IMG/VR virus record: IMGVR_UViG_3300044833_000105
DNA length: 64,000 bases
Origin: an uncultured virus (IMG/VR IMGVR_UViG_3300044833_000105)
Taxonomy: Duplodnaviria; Heunggongvirae; Uroviricota; Caudoviricetes
Strand: one strand, 5' to 3'
The notes under the pieces were generated by a model. That model did not search any database. It was not told the origin of the DNA and saw nothing but the letters and a program-made list of their open reading frames with translations. The translations under genes were made by a program, and so were the position numbers. Shown piece after piece: positions 27,941 to 36,799 of the stretch; within the stretch, counting starts at the first letter, position 1; each line of letters starts with the position of its first letter.

Positions 27941-29281
27941 ATGGCAGCTAGATTCGTAACATCATGGCAACAGCGCATCAAGGCGCTGTACACGGGGGTC
28001 ACGCCGTATGGCGGAAACCTATCCACCACTAACAAAGATTTCGGGAACAACGTCGGCCTGTCGTGGTCGAATGCCGCCAACGACACCAGCATCGAAGGCA
28101 TCCGCGTTGACACCGACGGATTAATCGTTCAAGCGGGTAGTGCGGAAATCCCGATCCCGCAATCAATGGATTTCTATTTGGTAGCGAACGGTTCGCTCGC
28201 CAATCAGACCTTCTTCATCGCCGACCGCGCCATGGTCATTACCGGCATTCAGGAAGTCCACGGCGCATTAGGGACCGACGCGGGAGCCGTGACCGGGGCC
28301 GTATTCAAAGACACCGGGACACAGGGTATCGGCGGCGGCGCGTCCACAATGGTCGGGACCTTCAACCTGAAGGGGACAATCAATACGCCGCAGGTCGCGA
28401 CTCTACTTGGCGTGGACGGCATCGGCAATCCAGGCGGCGGAATCCAGTTAGCCGCTGGCGACCGGCTGTCCTTCATCTTCGCGGGCGTGCTGACCTCTCT
28501 CGCGAACGTGGTCGTGTCGGTCGCGGCCACACCTGGGTTCAAGGAGCAGCCCGCGATTTACTCGATGCTGGCAAACGTGTCGCTGGCCAACCAATCGTTT
28601 TTCCTCGCAAATCGCGACATGAAGCTCGTCGGGGTAAACATCCTCTACGACGTAAAGGGGTCGGACGCGGGGGCGGTGACCATCGATCTATTCCACGACA
28701 CCGGGACCAATGCGCCGGATGCCGGTACCTCGGTGCTAGCAGCACCCATCAGCGTCAAACAAACCGCGCGAACCGTATACAGCGCCGCCTTAGCCGCGTC
28801 CGCCGCCACGCTATCCTTTGCCGCTAGCGACCGGCTGTCGATCAAATTCAACGGCGTGCTAACCGGGCTCTCCGGGGTTTGTGTCGTCGCCTACTTTCAA
28901 TCCGCTAACAACGGATGCATTAGCCAGATCGAAAAGACGTATACGATGCTGGCGAATGGGTCTATCGCGACCACTTCCGTTTTTGTGGCGGATCGCGACT
29001 ACGAAGTCGTGGACTTCTCCGGCGTGTGGTCCACCGCTTCTGGTGGCGGCGGTACAGCGGATCTGACCATAGACAAGGGAACCTCGGCTCCCGGAGCGGG
29101 CGCTACGTCGCTATCGGGCGCGATCGGCTTGGCTGGTGCCGCAAATACCGTCGTGGTCGCTGGGCTAAGCGCTTCCCGCAGAGCGCGGCTGCTGTCCAAG
29201 GGCGACCGCCTGACGGTAAAAATGGCGGCGATTGCCGCTACCGCTGGATTCACTGGAACCGTTAGCCTGCTTCCCCGCTAA
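27941..29281 (+). CDS. Virion structural protein with three internal domain repeats
   Basis: ANGSLANQTFFIADR / ANVSLANQSFFLANR / ANGSIATTSVFVADR, each repeat ending (G/S)DRL. Confidence 0.7.
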   Translation: MAARFVTSWQQRIKALYTGVTPYGGNLSTTNKDFGNNVGLSWSNAANDTSIEGIRVDTDGLIVQAGSAEIPIPQSMDFYLVANGSLANQTFFIADRAMVITGIQEVHGALGTDAGAVTGAVFKDTGTQGIGGGASTMVGTFNLKGTINTPQVATLLGVDGIGNPGGGIQLAAGDRLSFIFAGVLTSLANVVVSVAATPGFKEQPAIYSMLANVSLANQSFFLANRDMKLVGVNILYDVKGSDAGAVTIDLFHDTGTNAPDAGTSVLAAPISVKQTARTVYSAALAASAATLSFAASDRLSIKFNGVLTGLSGVCVVAYFQSANNGCISQIEKTYTMLANGSIATTSVFVADRDYEVVDFSGVWSTASGGGGTADLTIDKGTSAPGAGATSLSGAIGLAGAANTVVVAGLSASRRARLLSKGDRLTVKMAAIAATAGFTGTVSLLPR

Positions 29282-31191
29282 TGTACCCCGAGTCTCTAAA
29301 AAAAGAGAGTACGGAGTTCGAGGGCGCGTGGTCGCGCACGGACGTTTACCACGTCCCGGGCAACCACGCGCTCTTTTCTCAGAACGTCGCCTACATCAAG
29401 GGACAGGTGTCAAAACGCTTCGGACACACGGTTGTGTTCAATCCGGCCGACGCCGCCAGTTCGATGTTCAATTGGCTCAGCCTATCCGGTAACTTCCTGG
29501 TCTGGTATAAGCCCGGTTCCGGAGTCCGTCTCGCCAATCTAGCGAGTCCGTCTGCTGCTTTGATCATGACCCAGGCCACTGCGGCTGGCGCATCGTTCGC
29601 GGACGCCGGATCGCGTCTCTACGCCGCCTTCTACGATTCTCACGGTAACGGCGGGGTCGCCGGAGCGCAGGTATACGGCGCGACCTACGGTGCCGCCGAT
29701 TCCGTCATGGCGGCCCCACTGCCTGTTTCGCCTTCAGTAACACAGCCGGGAGCGGGACTCATCACCGTTGGGCCGCATCGCATCGGCTACCTGCTCCAAA
29801 CCCGCAGTGGCTATGTCGGGCCGCCCGGTCCCGCGTCGGCAACCAATGTGTTTATCCCGGTGACCTTCACTGCCGTAGGACTGAAGAACATTACGGTGGC
29901 GTTCACCAATTCCTACCCAATCGAGGCGTCGCAGGTGCAGATCATCATGACGCCCACCAACAACCTGAATGACTACCGGCTGGTGCCAGGAGCGACGGCC
30001 CTGATCGCCGGGCCGGGCCCGCAAATAGTGACGGTCACGATTTCAATCAGCGACGAGGACTTGTTGGCCCAAGGCCCATCGGCGCTGCCCTATCAGAACT
30101 TACTCGCCAATCCAGCGGTGGGCGGAGTGGCGATCAAGCCATCCGTGATGTTCCCGTACCTCGAACGCATGATCTACATCGCGACGGATGGCTCTGGATT
30201 CCCGGTTGCCTACGCGAGCAACACCAACGCTTATCAGCAGATCACCGCCGACCAGAATTTTATTTCCCTGCCCGGAAACCGGCAGATCATAACCGGATTT
30301 GGATTGCGCGGAGTGCTCTACCTGGTCGGTCCGCAAGGCACGTACTCGACATCGGATAACGGACAGACTCCCTCGAATTGGCCCAGCCCGCAATTGGTGG
30401 ACGGTGTGATTGGCGTGCTCGGGCCGAACTGTGTTTTCGTGAATAACGCGCAGGGGTTCGCTTGGGTGGCCCACACCTCCGGTCTCTACCTGTTTCTCGG
30501 CGGTCAGTACCCGACGACTCCGGTGTCCTACTACAACGATCCAGACTGGCAGCGTATTAACTGGAACGCTCCGGCGAATGTGTTCGTGGTGGACGACACC
30601 ATTCACAACCGCGTGGAGGTTCTCGCGCCGCTCGATGGCGCAACCACCCCAACACACCGGCTGGTCTGGGACTATACCGACGGCATCGATCCGACGCAGG
30701 TAAAGTTCTCAATCAACTCTATTGCTAGCGGTTATCCGTACGGCTGCTTTGCCATCGTGCAGAACGCAAGTACCGCCCGCAAGGAAGTCTGGTGCGGTTC
30801 TTCCTCGGCTGGCGCGATTGTCCGGCAGAGCGACGAGACCGATGCGCACCCCTACCGGGATATCGCCGTCGCGATCAACCAGATTTACGAACTGCCGTTG
30901 CAGCCCGGCCAGGATTCACAACACGGATTGCTGCACTATCACCACGGCGGTCACGCGCGAATCAAGGGTATCGGCACCTGCCTGCCAAATTACTTCGCGC
31001 TGGATCACGTGTTTTCGCTGTCGCCGCCAAATATCACGCTCATGGTGAATCCTGGAAAAGAAGAACTGATCTACGCGCAAGACATCCCGAGCGAACACGT
31101 TTCGCTTCAACTTCAAAACTCCGATCTGGACGGCTACTTCCTGTTGAGCAAGTACACGCACTACTATGCCGTCGGTCCCACGATGCGATAA
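29281..31191 (+). CDS. Tail nozzle/stabilisation-like protein
   Basis: QNVAYIKGQVSKRFG N-terminus, beta-rich, IGVLGPNCV; follows adaptor. Confidence 0.65.
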   Translation: MYPESLKKESTEFEGAWSRTDVYHVPGNHALFSQNVAYIKGQVSKRFGHTVVFNPADAASSMFNWLSLSGNFLVWYKPGSGVRLANLASPSAALIMTQATAAGASFADAGSRLYAAFYDSHGNGGVAGAQVYGATYGAADSVMAAPLPVSPSVTQPGAGLITVGPHRIGYLLQTRSGYVGPPGPASATNVFIPVTFTAVGLKNITVAFTNSYPIEASQVQIIMTPTNNLNDYRLVPGATALIAGPGPQIVTVTISISDEDLLAQGPSALPYQNLLANPAVGGVAIKPSVMFPYLERMIYIATDGSGFPVAYASNTNAYQQITADQNFISLPGNRQIITGFGLRGVLYLVGPQGTYSTSDNGQTPSNWPSPQLVDGVIGVLGPNCVFVNNAQGFAWVAHTSGLYLFLGGQYPTTPVSYYNDPDWQRINWNAPANVFVVDDTIHNRVEVLAPLDGATTPTHRLVWDYTDGIDPTQVKFSINSIASGYPYGCFAIVQNASTARKEVWCGSSSAGAIVRQSDETDAHPYRDIAVAINQIYELPLQPGQDSQHGLLHYHHGGHARIKGIGTCLPNYFALDHVFSLSPPNITLMVNPGKEELIYAQDIPSEHVSLQLQNSDLDGYFLLSKYTHYYAVGPTMR

Positions 31192-31193
31192 CT

Positions 31194-32381
31194 ATGTCAA
31201 CCTCACCTAAAACTCCAAGCGTCCGGCCGTTGGCGAACAATATTCGCGGGTACGCGATTCAGGCTGGAATCCAGACGCCGACCGGCAAGAGCCTTACCCT
31301 TATCGGCGAAGCACTAGAGACGATCCAGAATACCCACGACTCGCTAATTAAGGACGCGAACACCACGCCGAATCCACAACACGAGGTATCGGTCCAGGAT
31401 GAGACGGGCCACGAGGTCGCGTTCCTTGGCTTTAAGTCAGCCGCCCAGCAGCGGAACTACGGGCTAAACGTCTTCGATCCCGCCAAGAACCCCGCGGCCT
31501 TCTTGGGCGTGATGACGGAGCCGCCGCTTGCGATCACGGCGACGACCAACGCAAGCCCTGACGTGATTAGCATCGCTGGCCATCCGTATGTCAATGGTGA
31601 AACACTGATCATTCAGGGAGCCCTCGGCGATACGGCGATCAACGGATTTGTGATCGTGGAGAATGTGGTTGCCGGAGTCTCGTTCCAAATAACCGATCTT
31701 ATCGGCAATCCGGTTAACGGCAATGGCGCGTACACCGGCGGCGGAACGGCGACGAGGTACTTGGCTGGCGTCCAGGCGCAGAGCGCCAGGTTCGGGCCGA
31801 ATAATCAGGTCCGCATCTACCCCGATGGGACGATAGCTATAACCTCAACGCACGGCGGATTAACCATTTCGCTGGACCCATCCGGCGGATTACTAGTAAA
31901 TAACAACATTTTCGGCACCCAAGGACAATTCACTGCGGATGCGGCGAAGCTCAGCAATCCTTCGGTTGGCAGTCAAACACAAATTCAACCCGGCGGACAA
32001 GCGTTTGGACGTGACGGCATTGGCGGAACTTGGAATATTGCTCCCAATGCCGGGTTCTCTACATCGCCAAGCGCCGGATTATTATTTACGCTTGGACCGG
32101 CGCAGATAAAAGCATCTGGTGCGGGAGGACACTTCGCTGAGATGCTTCCGGCCGGAACGGCGGACGGCTTTGACGGCTCCGGCGCGTGGTCCATCACGGG
32201 AACTTCACTGTCGCTGCACGGAAGCCAGGTTGTCGGCCAGCGCGGAGCGGCGGTGACCGATGTCGTTGGCACCGCTGGAGCCACATACACCGCAACCGAA
32301 CAAGCCATGATCAATAGTTTGGTAAACCAGCTTAATAGCGCACTGGCACGGCTTCGCGCTCACGGACTCATCGCTCCCTAA
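31194..32381 (+). CDS. Tail needle/fibre-like protein
   Basis: FCCH-like AITATTNASPDVISIAGH; C-terminal QVVGQRGAAV...LNSALARLRAHGLIA; true start 31194. Confidence 0.65.
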   Translation: MSTSPKTPSVRPLANNIRGYAIQAGIQTPTGKSLTLIGEALETIQNTHDSLIKDANTTPNPQHEVSVQDETGHEVAFLGFKSAAQQRNYGLNVFDPAKNPAAFLGVMTEPPLAITATTNASPDVISIAGHPYVNGETLIIQGALGDTAINGFVIVENVVAGVSFQITDLIGNPVNGNGAYTGGGTATRYLAGVQAQSARFGPNNQVRIYPDGTIAITSTHGGLTISLDPSGGLLVNNNIFGTQGQFTADAAKLSNPSVGSQTQIQPGGQAFGRDGIGGTWNIAPNAGFSTSPSAGLLFTLGPAQIKASGAGGHFAEMLPAGTADGFDGSGAWSITGTSLSLHGSQVVGQRGAAVTDVVGTAGATYTATEQAMINSLVNQLNSALARLRAHGLIAP

Positions 32382-32390
32382 GGACACTTT

Positions 32391-34328
32391 ATGTCTGCAT
32401 CCGCTGTTCTTCCCGCCCGCCGATACCGCGCAAACTCGTCTCAGGACCCGAACGCGGACCCGATGGACGCCAATTACCTGCAAGACCCGCAGGATGGGCC
32501 CGCAGGTCCCGGCGACGCTAGTTACTTCAGTGACGTACGCGGCGCGGCGCAGGACCCGAACGCTCCGCAAGGCCCCGTTGGTGGGCCGCAAACGCCCCTG
32601 ACCGGCGTACCGAATACCTATGGAGGCGGCTTCACCAACAGCACGTCGCCCGGCCAGATGCTCAGCCAGAACAGGATGAACATCCAGGGACAGGGCAACG
32701 CGATCAATCAAGAGGCGATGGATGCGATTAACCGCTACGGTAGTTTGGAAGAAGCGTACCGGCAGACGGGTGACCAGAAGTTCGCCGATCTCGCCAAAAC
32801 GCCCGGATACAATGCCGACGAAGCCGCGAAGATCGGCACGGATTATAACCAACTTAAAACCAGTCCTCAATCCCTGCAAGATCGCTTCCTGAACAGCGGC
32901 GAACAGGCAGGGATTCGCGGCAATCCGAATGACCCGCGTAACACGATGAATGCCGGGGTGGACGCCGAGGGCAAGCAATTAAATTCATTTGGCGAGAATC
33001 TCGGAGGCCAACTCAGCAACTTGTCTGCTGGCGAAGGCGGGCAACTGGCCAAGTACGAATCGAACGTCGGATCCCAGGCCGGGAAACTGGAATCGAACGT
33101 CGGCGGTCAACTGGCTAACGAACAGAGGAACGTTACCGGCGCGGTGGGAGGATTGAGCAGTGGCCTGACAGCGGCGCAGGGAAAGTTTGGAAAGTTAGAC
33201 ACAGCCGTCAACGATCCGGCGCTAAACTTCGATCCGAACGCGACCGAGAAGCAATACACCGATCAGGACGTCCAGGACGAAATTAACGCTGCAGGACGAT
33301 CCGTCGGGGTAAAGACCCAGGCCGAGAAGGACGATATCGAGCGACGGGCGGCCGCACAGGGCAATAGCTCTCCAGCGGCAATCGCGGCCATGCAGCAGCG
33401 TCAGGATCTCCAGGGCGGGGTGCAGGGAGCGGACGCAGAAACCGACGCCAGAATCGCCGCCAAACAGGCTCAATATGAGCGGGCAGCGGGCATCGAAGGT
33501 CAGCGCGAGGGTGCGGTAAAGACGCAGACCGGCTTCAAGGCGGGTGCGGCGACCACTGAAGAGCAGCAGGCGCAGGCGGCTGCCGGATTAGCTGGCACCA
33601 CGGACGTCAACGCAAATCTAAATCTCGGTCACGAAGGTGTAGCGGCGGGCGAGAATGTTGGGGCGCAAACTATCGGTGCGGCGGAGGACGTCGGCAAGGC
33701 GGGAGTTGGCGTCGCCCAGGACGTCGGCCACGCTGGAGTAGCGGGTGCCGAGGATTACGGCCATACCGCCGTAAACGAGGCGTCCGACGCGGCTGGCAAG
33801 ACGTATCAGGCCGCGAACACGGCGGAACAGAATGCGGCGGCGCGCGAGCAGTTTCTGGGGCAGAATCGACAGGCCACTACCGGCGACGTACAGAATACTC
33901 AGTTCGGTCAGGGCATGACCACGGCGGGAGCTAACTCGACGGGGGCCCAGACACTCGGCAACGCGCGGATTGCGGGCGAAACCGCTGTTCGCAACTACAA
34001 TACCGGCCAGCAAGCGGCGGCGACTCAGGCCGGTCAGGCCGCTAGAACTAATCAGGTGCAGAACTTCGGAGTGCAGTCTGGCGGGGTAAATCAGGCGGCG
34101 GGGGCGCAAGTGCAGAACATGGCCACGGGCACCAGTCCAGCCACTTATTTGGGGGCAATTTTCGGCAGCGGAGGAGCTGGCGGAACTGCCGGAACTGCCG
34201 CCTCGTTCTTTGAGGACGGCGGCATCGTGACTAAGCCTACCGTTGGGGTCGTCGCCGAGCATCGTCCTGAGATGGTTGTACCGCTTCGTAAGGTTCGCAG
34301 ATACATGCCACAAGGAAGGCCAGCGTAA
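32391..34328 (+). CDS. Putative ejection/internal virion protein (A/G/Q-rich)
   Basis: Cys-free, 11-residue-like repeats, C-terminal GGIVTKPT...EMVVPL. Confidence 0.65.
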   Translation: MSASAVLPARRYRANSSQDPNADPMDANYLQDPQDGPAGPGDASYFSDVRGAAQDPNAPQGPVGGPQTPLTGVPNTYGGGFTNSTSPGQMLSQNRMNIQGQGNAINQEAMDAINRYGSLEEAYRQTGDQKFADLAKTPGYNADEAAKIGTDYNQLKTSPQSLQDRFLNSGEQAGIRGNPNDPRNTMNAGVDAEGKQLNSFGENLGGQLSNLSAGEGGQLAKYESNVGSQAGKLESNVGGQLANEQRNVTGAVGGLSSGLTAAQGKFGKLDTAVNDPALNFDPNATEKQYTDQDVQDEINAAGRSVGVKTQAEKDDIERRAAAQGNSSPAAIAAMQQRQDLQGGVQGADAETDARIAAKQAQYERAAGIEGQREGAVKTQTGFKAGAATTEEQQAQAAAGLAGTTDVNANLNLGHEGVAAGENVGAQTIGAAEDVGKAGVGVAQDVGHAGVAGAEDYGHTAVNEASDAAGKTYQAANTAEQNAAAREQFLGQNRQATTGDVQNTQFGQGMTTAGANSTGAQTLGNARIAGETAVRNYNTGQQAAATQAGQAARTNQVQNFGVQSGGVNQAAGAQVQNMATGTSPATYLGAIFGSGGAGGTAGTAASFFEDGGIVTKPTVGVVAEHRPEMVVPLRKVRRYMPQGRPA

Positions 34329-35134
34329 TGACACCAACAGATAATAGCCAGCAGGACCAGAACCCGATCATGCGCGGTATTCGCCGTTACGGGCAGAACG
34401 TGCAGCAGCGCGGTCAGCAGAACTTCCAGAATTCGCCAGCAGGTCAGATTGCTAACTGGTATCAGCGGCGCCGCCAGCAACAGCAACAGATGGGTCAGAC
34501 TGACAATCAGGTCGCCACGTCGCCCAGTGCGCCACCTCCGGCGACCCCGCCGCCGACCGATGGCCCAGCGCCGCTGCCAAATGCCCCTGGGCCCGCAAGC
34601 ATGGCTCCGCCACCCGGCACCGCCACAACGCCCACCCCGGTTGCGCAGGACGCGCCCACGCCGATGCCCAACGCTCCGGGGCCAGCGTCTGTCGAGCCCT
34701 ACAATCCGCAACCGCAGGCAACGCCAGTTAATCAGGAGCAGCCCGGACCAGCGATGCCGGAGCAACCACCTCCGCCGCCAACCCCAGGGATCAGTAGCGC
34801 TCCATCTGGCGAGTTAACGCCCAATACCGGACAGGCGGGAGCCGGACAGGCATCGCCATTCATGAATCACCATCAGGGCCCATCGAAGTACTTCGATGAC
34901 CAGGATGGCCAGAACGACCAAATGGCGCAGGGTGGAATCGTGACGCAGCCGACGAAGGCGGTATTGGGAGAGAACGGCCCGGAAGCCGTGATCCCGATGA
35001 GTCCCACGGCCAACGCCAAGCTGCATCCAACCGGCTTCCTAAAGGCTCGCTACCAGCGGCCCACGGGACCGGCGCTTGCGCCAGGCCCGATGAAAAGCGC
35101 GTTACCGATGAGTCAGAACCGCACTTACCGCTAG
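34328..35134 (+). CDS. Pro/Gln-rich putative internal virion protein
   Basis: MAQGGIVTQPTKAVLGENGPEAVIPM. Confidence 0.6.
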   Translation: MTPTDNSQQDQNPIMRGIRRYGQNVQQRGQQNFQNSPAGQIANWYQRRRQQQQQMGQTDNQVATSPSAPPPATPPPTDGPAPLPNAPGPASMAPPPGTATTPTPVAQDAPTPMPNAPGPASVEPYNPQPQATPVNQEQPGPAMPEQPPPPPTPGISSAPSGELTPNTGQAGAGQASPFMNHHQGPSKYFDDQDGQNDQMAQGGIVTQPTKAVLGENGPEAVIPMSPTANAKLHPTGFLKARYQRPTGPALAPGPMKSALPMSQNRTYR

Positions 35135-35191
35135 CTTCTCAGCTCCACGCATGAGCAGCAAGATCCATGTAGTCAATTATAAGCGGAAAGC

Positions 35192-36799
35192 ATGACTCCA
35201 TCACTTCGACAACCAGCACGGCGCTATCTTCCCTTCGGCCAGGATGACGAGGAGCAGCCGTTTCAGGACGACAGCGGACTTAATGGTCTAGCGGCGTCTC
35301 CGCCCGTCTCGCCAGCGGCTCCGCCATCGCCGCCTGCCACAGAGCCAATGCCACCGCCGCCGAATGACGTCGAGCCAATCGAAGGTCCGCCGCAAATTAT
35401 GTCGTCCGCCGCTCCGCCGAATCCCGCAATGGATTTCAGTGGTCCGAAGATGCCGCCACCGCCGCCATTGACAGCACGGAAGCCGGTGCCGCAAAAGATT
35501 GGGGACCTGGATCGCACGCCTTATGGGGTTACACCGCCCACAGACACAGATAAAGACGAAAGTAGCGTCAGCGATAAGATCGCCGCACTCGACAAGCCGG
35601 AAGCACCTCATTCCAACTGGGCGCAGCGGCTCGCTCAGATTCTACTGGGCGTGACTAAAGTCGGTCCACAGGCGGCAGCAGCTATCGTGCATCCGAAATA
35701 CACTGAGCAGCGAAGAGCGTACGATCAACAGGTTAGCGATATTTACTCAGGTGCCAAGGCGAAAGAGGCAGAGGATGCCAGCGCCGCGCTCGTTTCGCAG
35801 CGCGAAGCGAATGCTGCGTATAAGACCAGTGTCGGTGCCGACGATGCGCTGAAAGTCAAGAATGCAGCCGACGCCAAGAAAGCCACGTTGCTTGAGAAGC
35901 AACAGCAAGACGCCTTTAAGTTCGGTAGCATGGGCGGGAAGTTGCAAGACGCCTCCGCCCCAGTACCGGATGGATTTATTGCCGTACCGAAACTAGACGA
36001 CCCCACGAAGCAATGGGTTGTCGCTCCCGCTAAAACCCATTTCACCGTGAACGCATCGTTCAAGAAGATGGCCGAAGATGCCGGAATCGGCGGATTAGAA
36101 GTCGGGCAACTAGTGGACCGCGATACATGGAAGACGGTTGCCGAAATCAACGCAAAAAAGAGCATTCAAGACGCCAAGCCGGATCGACGCCTTACCACGA
36201 GCGATCTTGCCATCAAGGCGGCTGGTGGTGATCCGAATGACCCCGAAAGCGTTACTACCGATATCGCCAATAGCGCGGTAAACCGCATGAAGCCTCCGCG
36301 AGAGCAGCGCGCGCCAGGCTTCGCCGAACTTAAATATCAAGATCAAAAGAAGGCGATGCACTTTGCGCGACAGGCACTAAACGATGTGACCGGCATCGAC
36401 AAAAGCGATAGATCAAAACCGGAACAATACGACTACGCCATCCAGAATGTCAAAAATCCAAGTTTCTATGTGAATAGCCCCCTGCGCGACGCCGATGAGG
36501 ACGACATCGTATCGGCAATTGAGCACCTGAGAGAACAGGGCCTTAAGGGTAAAGTGCTGGAGAATAGGGCCAATAATATCTCCCGTGGCGCGCAGAACGA
36601 AGAGATGGTAAAGAAGTTCCTCGGCGGACCAGCCAAACCGAAGAACGGCGGTGTAGCGCCAAAGCAGTCCGCTGCCGTACCGCCTACGCCGCCAGCGTTC
36701 CAGCACATTCCCGCGCACGGTGAAATTAGGACCAAGAACGGCGTTCCGTATCAATACGACGCCGCACAGGCACAATGGGTTCGCCAACCGCATCAATAA
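35192..36799 (+). CDS. Putative ejection protein
   Basis: Pro-rich N-terminus then helical; Cys-free. Confidence 0.6.
   Translation: MTPSLRQPARRYLPFGQDDEEQPFQDDSGLNGLAASPPVSPAAPPSPPATEPMPPPPNDVEPIEGPPQIMSSAAPPNPAMDFSGPKMPPPPPLTARKPVPQKIGDLDRTPYGVTPPTDTDKDESSVSDKIAALDKPEAPHSNWAQRLAQILLGVTKVGPQAAAAIVHPKYTEQRRAYDQQVSDIYSGAKAKEAEDASAALVSQREANAAYKTSVGADDALKVKNAADAKKATLLEKQQQDAFKFGSMGGKLQDASAPVPDGFIAVPKLDDPTKQWVVAPAKTHFTVNASFKKMAEDAGIGGLEVGQLVDRDTWKTVAEINAKKSIQDAKPDRRLTTSDLAIKAAGGDPNDPESVTTDIANSAVNRMKPPREQRAPGFAELKYQDQKKAMHFARQALNDVTGIDKSDRSKPEQYDYAIQNVKNPSFYVNSPLRDADEDDIVSAIEHLREQGLKGKVLENRANNISRGAQNEEMVKKFLGGPAKPKNGGVAPKQSAAVPPTPPAFQHIPAHGEIRTKNGVPYQYDAAQAQWVRQPHQ

Noticed and set aside
30792..31193. 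N-terminal extension of the 529-aa ORF
   Set aside because: Overlaps the nozzle-like gene out of frame; ATG 31194 follows its stop directly
32391..34328. True tape-measure protein
   Set aside because: No tail tube or assembly-chaperone genes recognised; context matches podovirus ejection proteins
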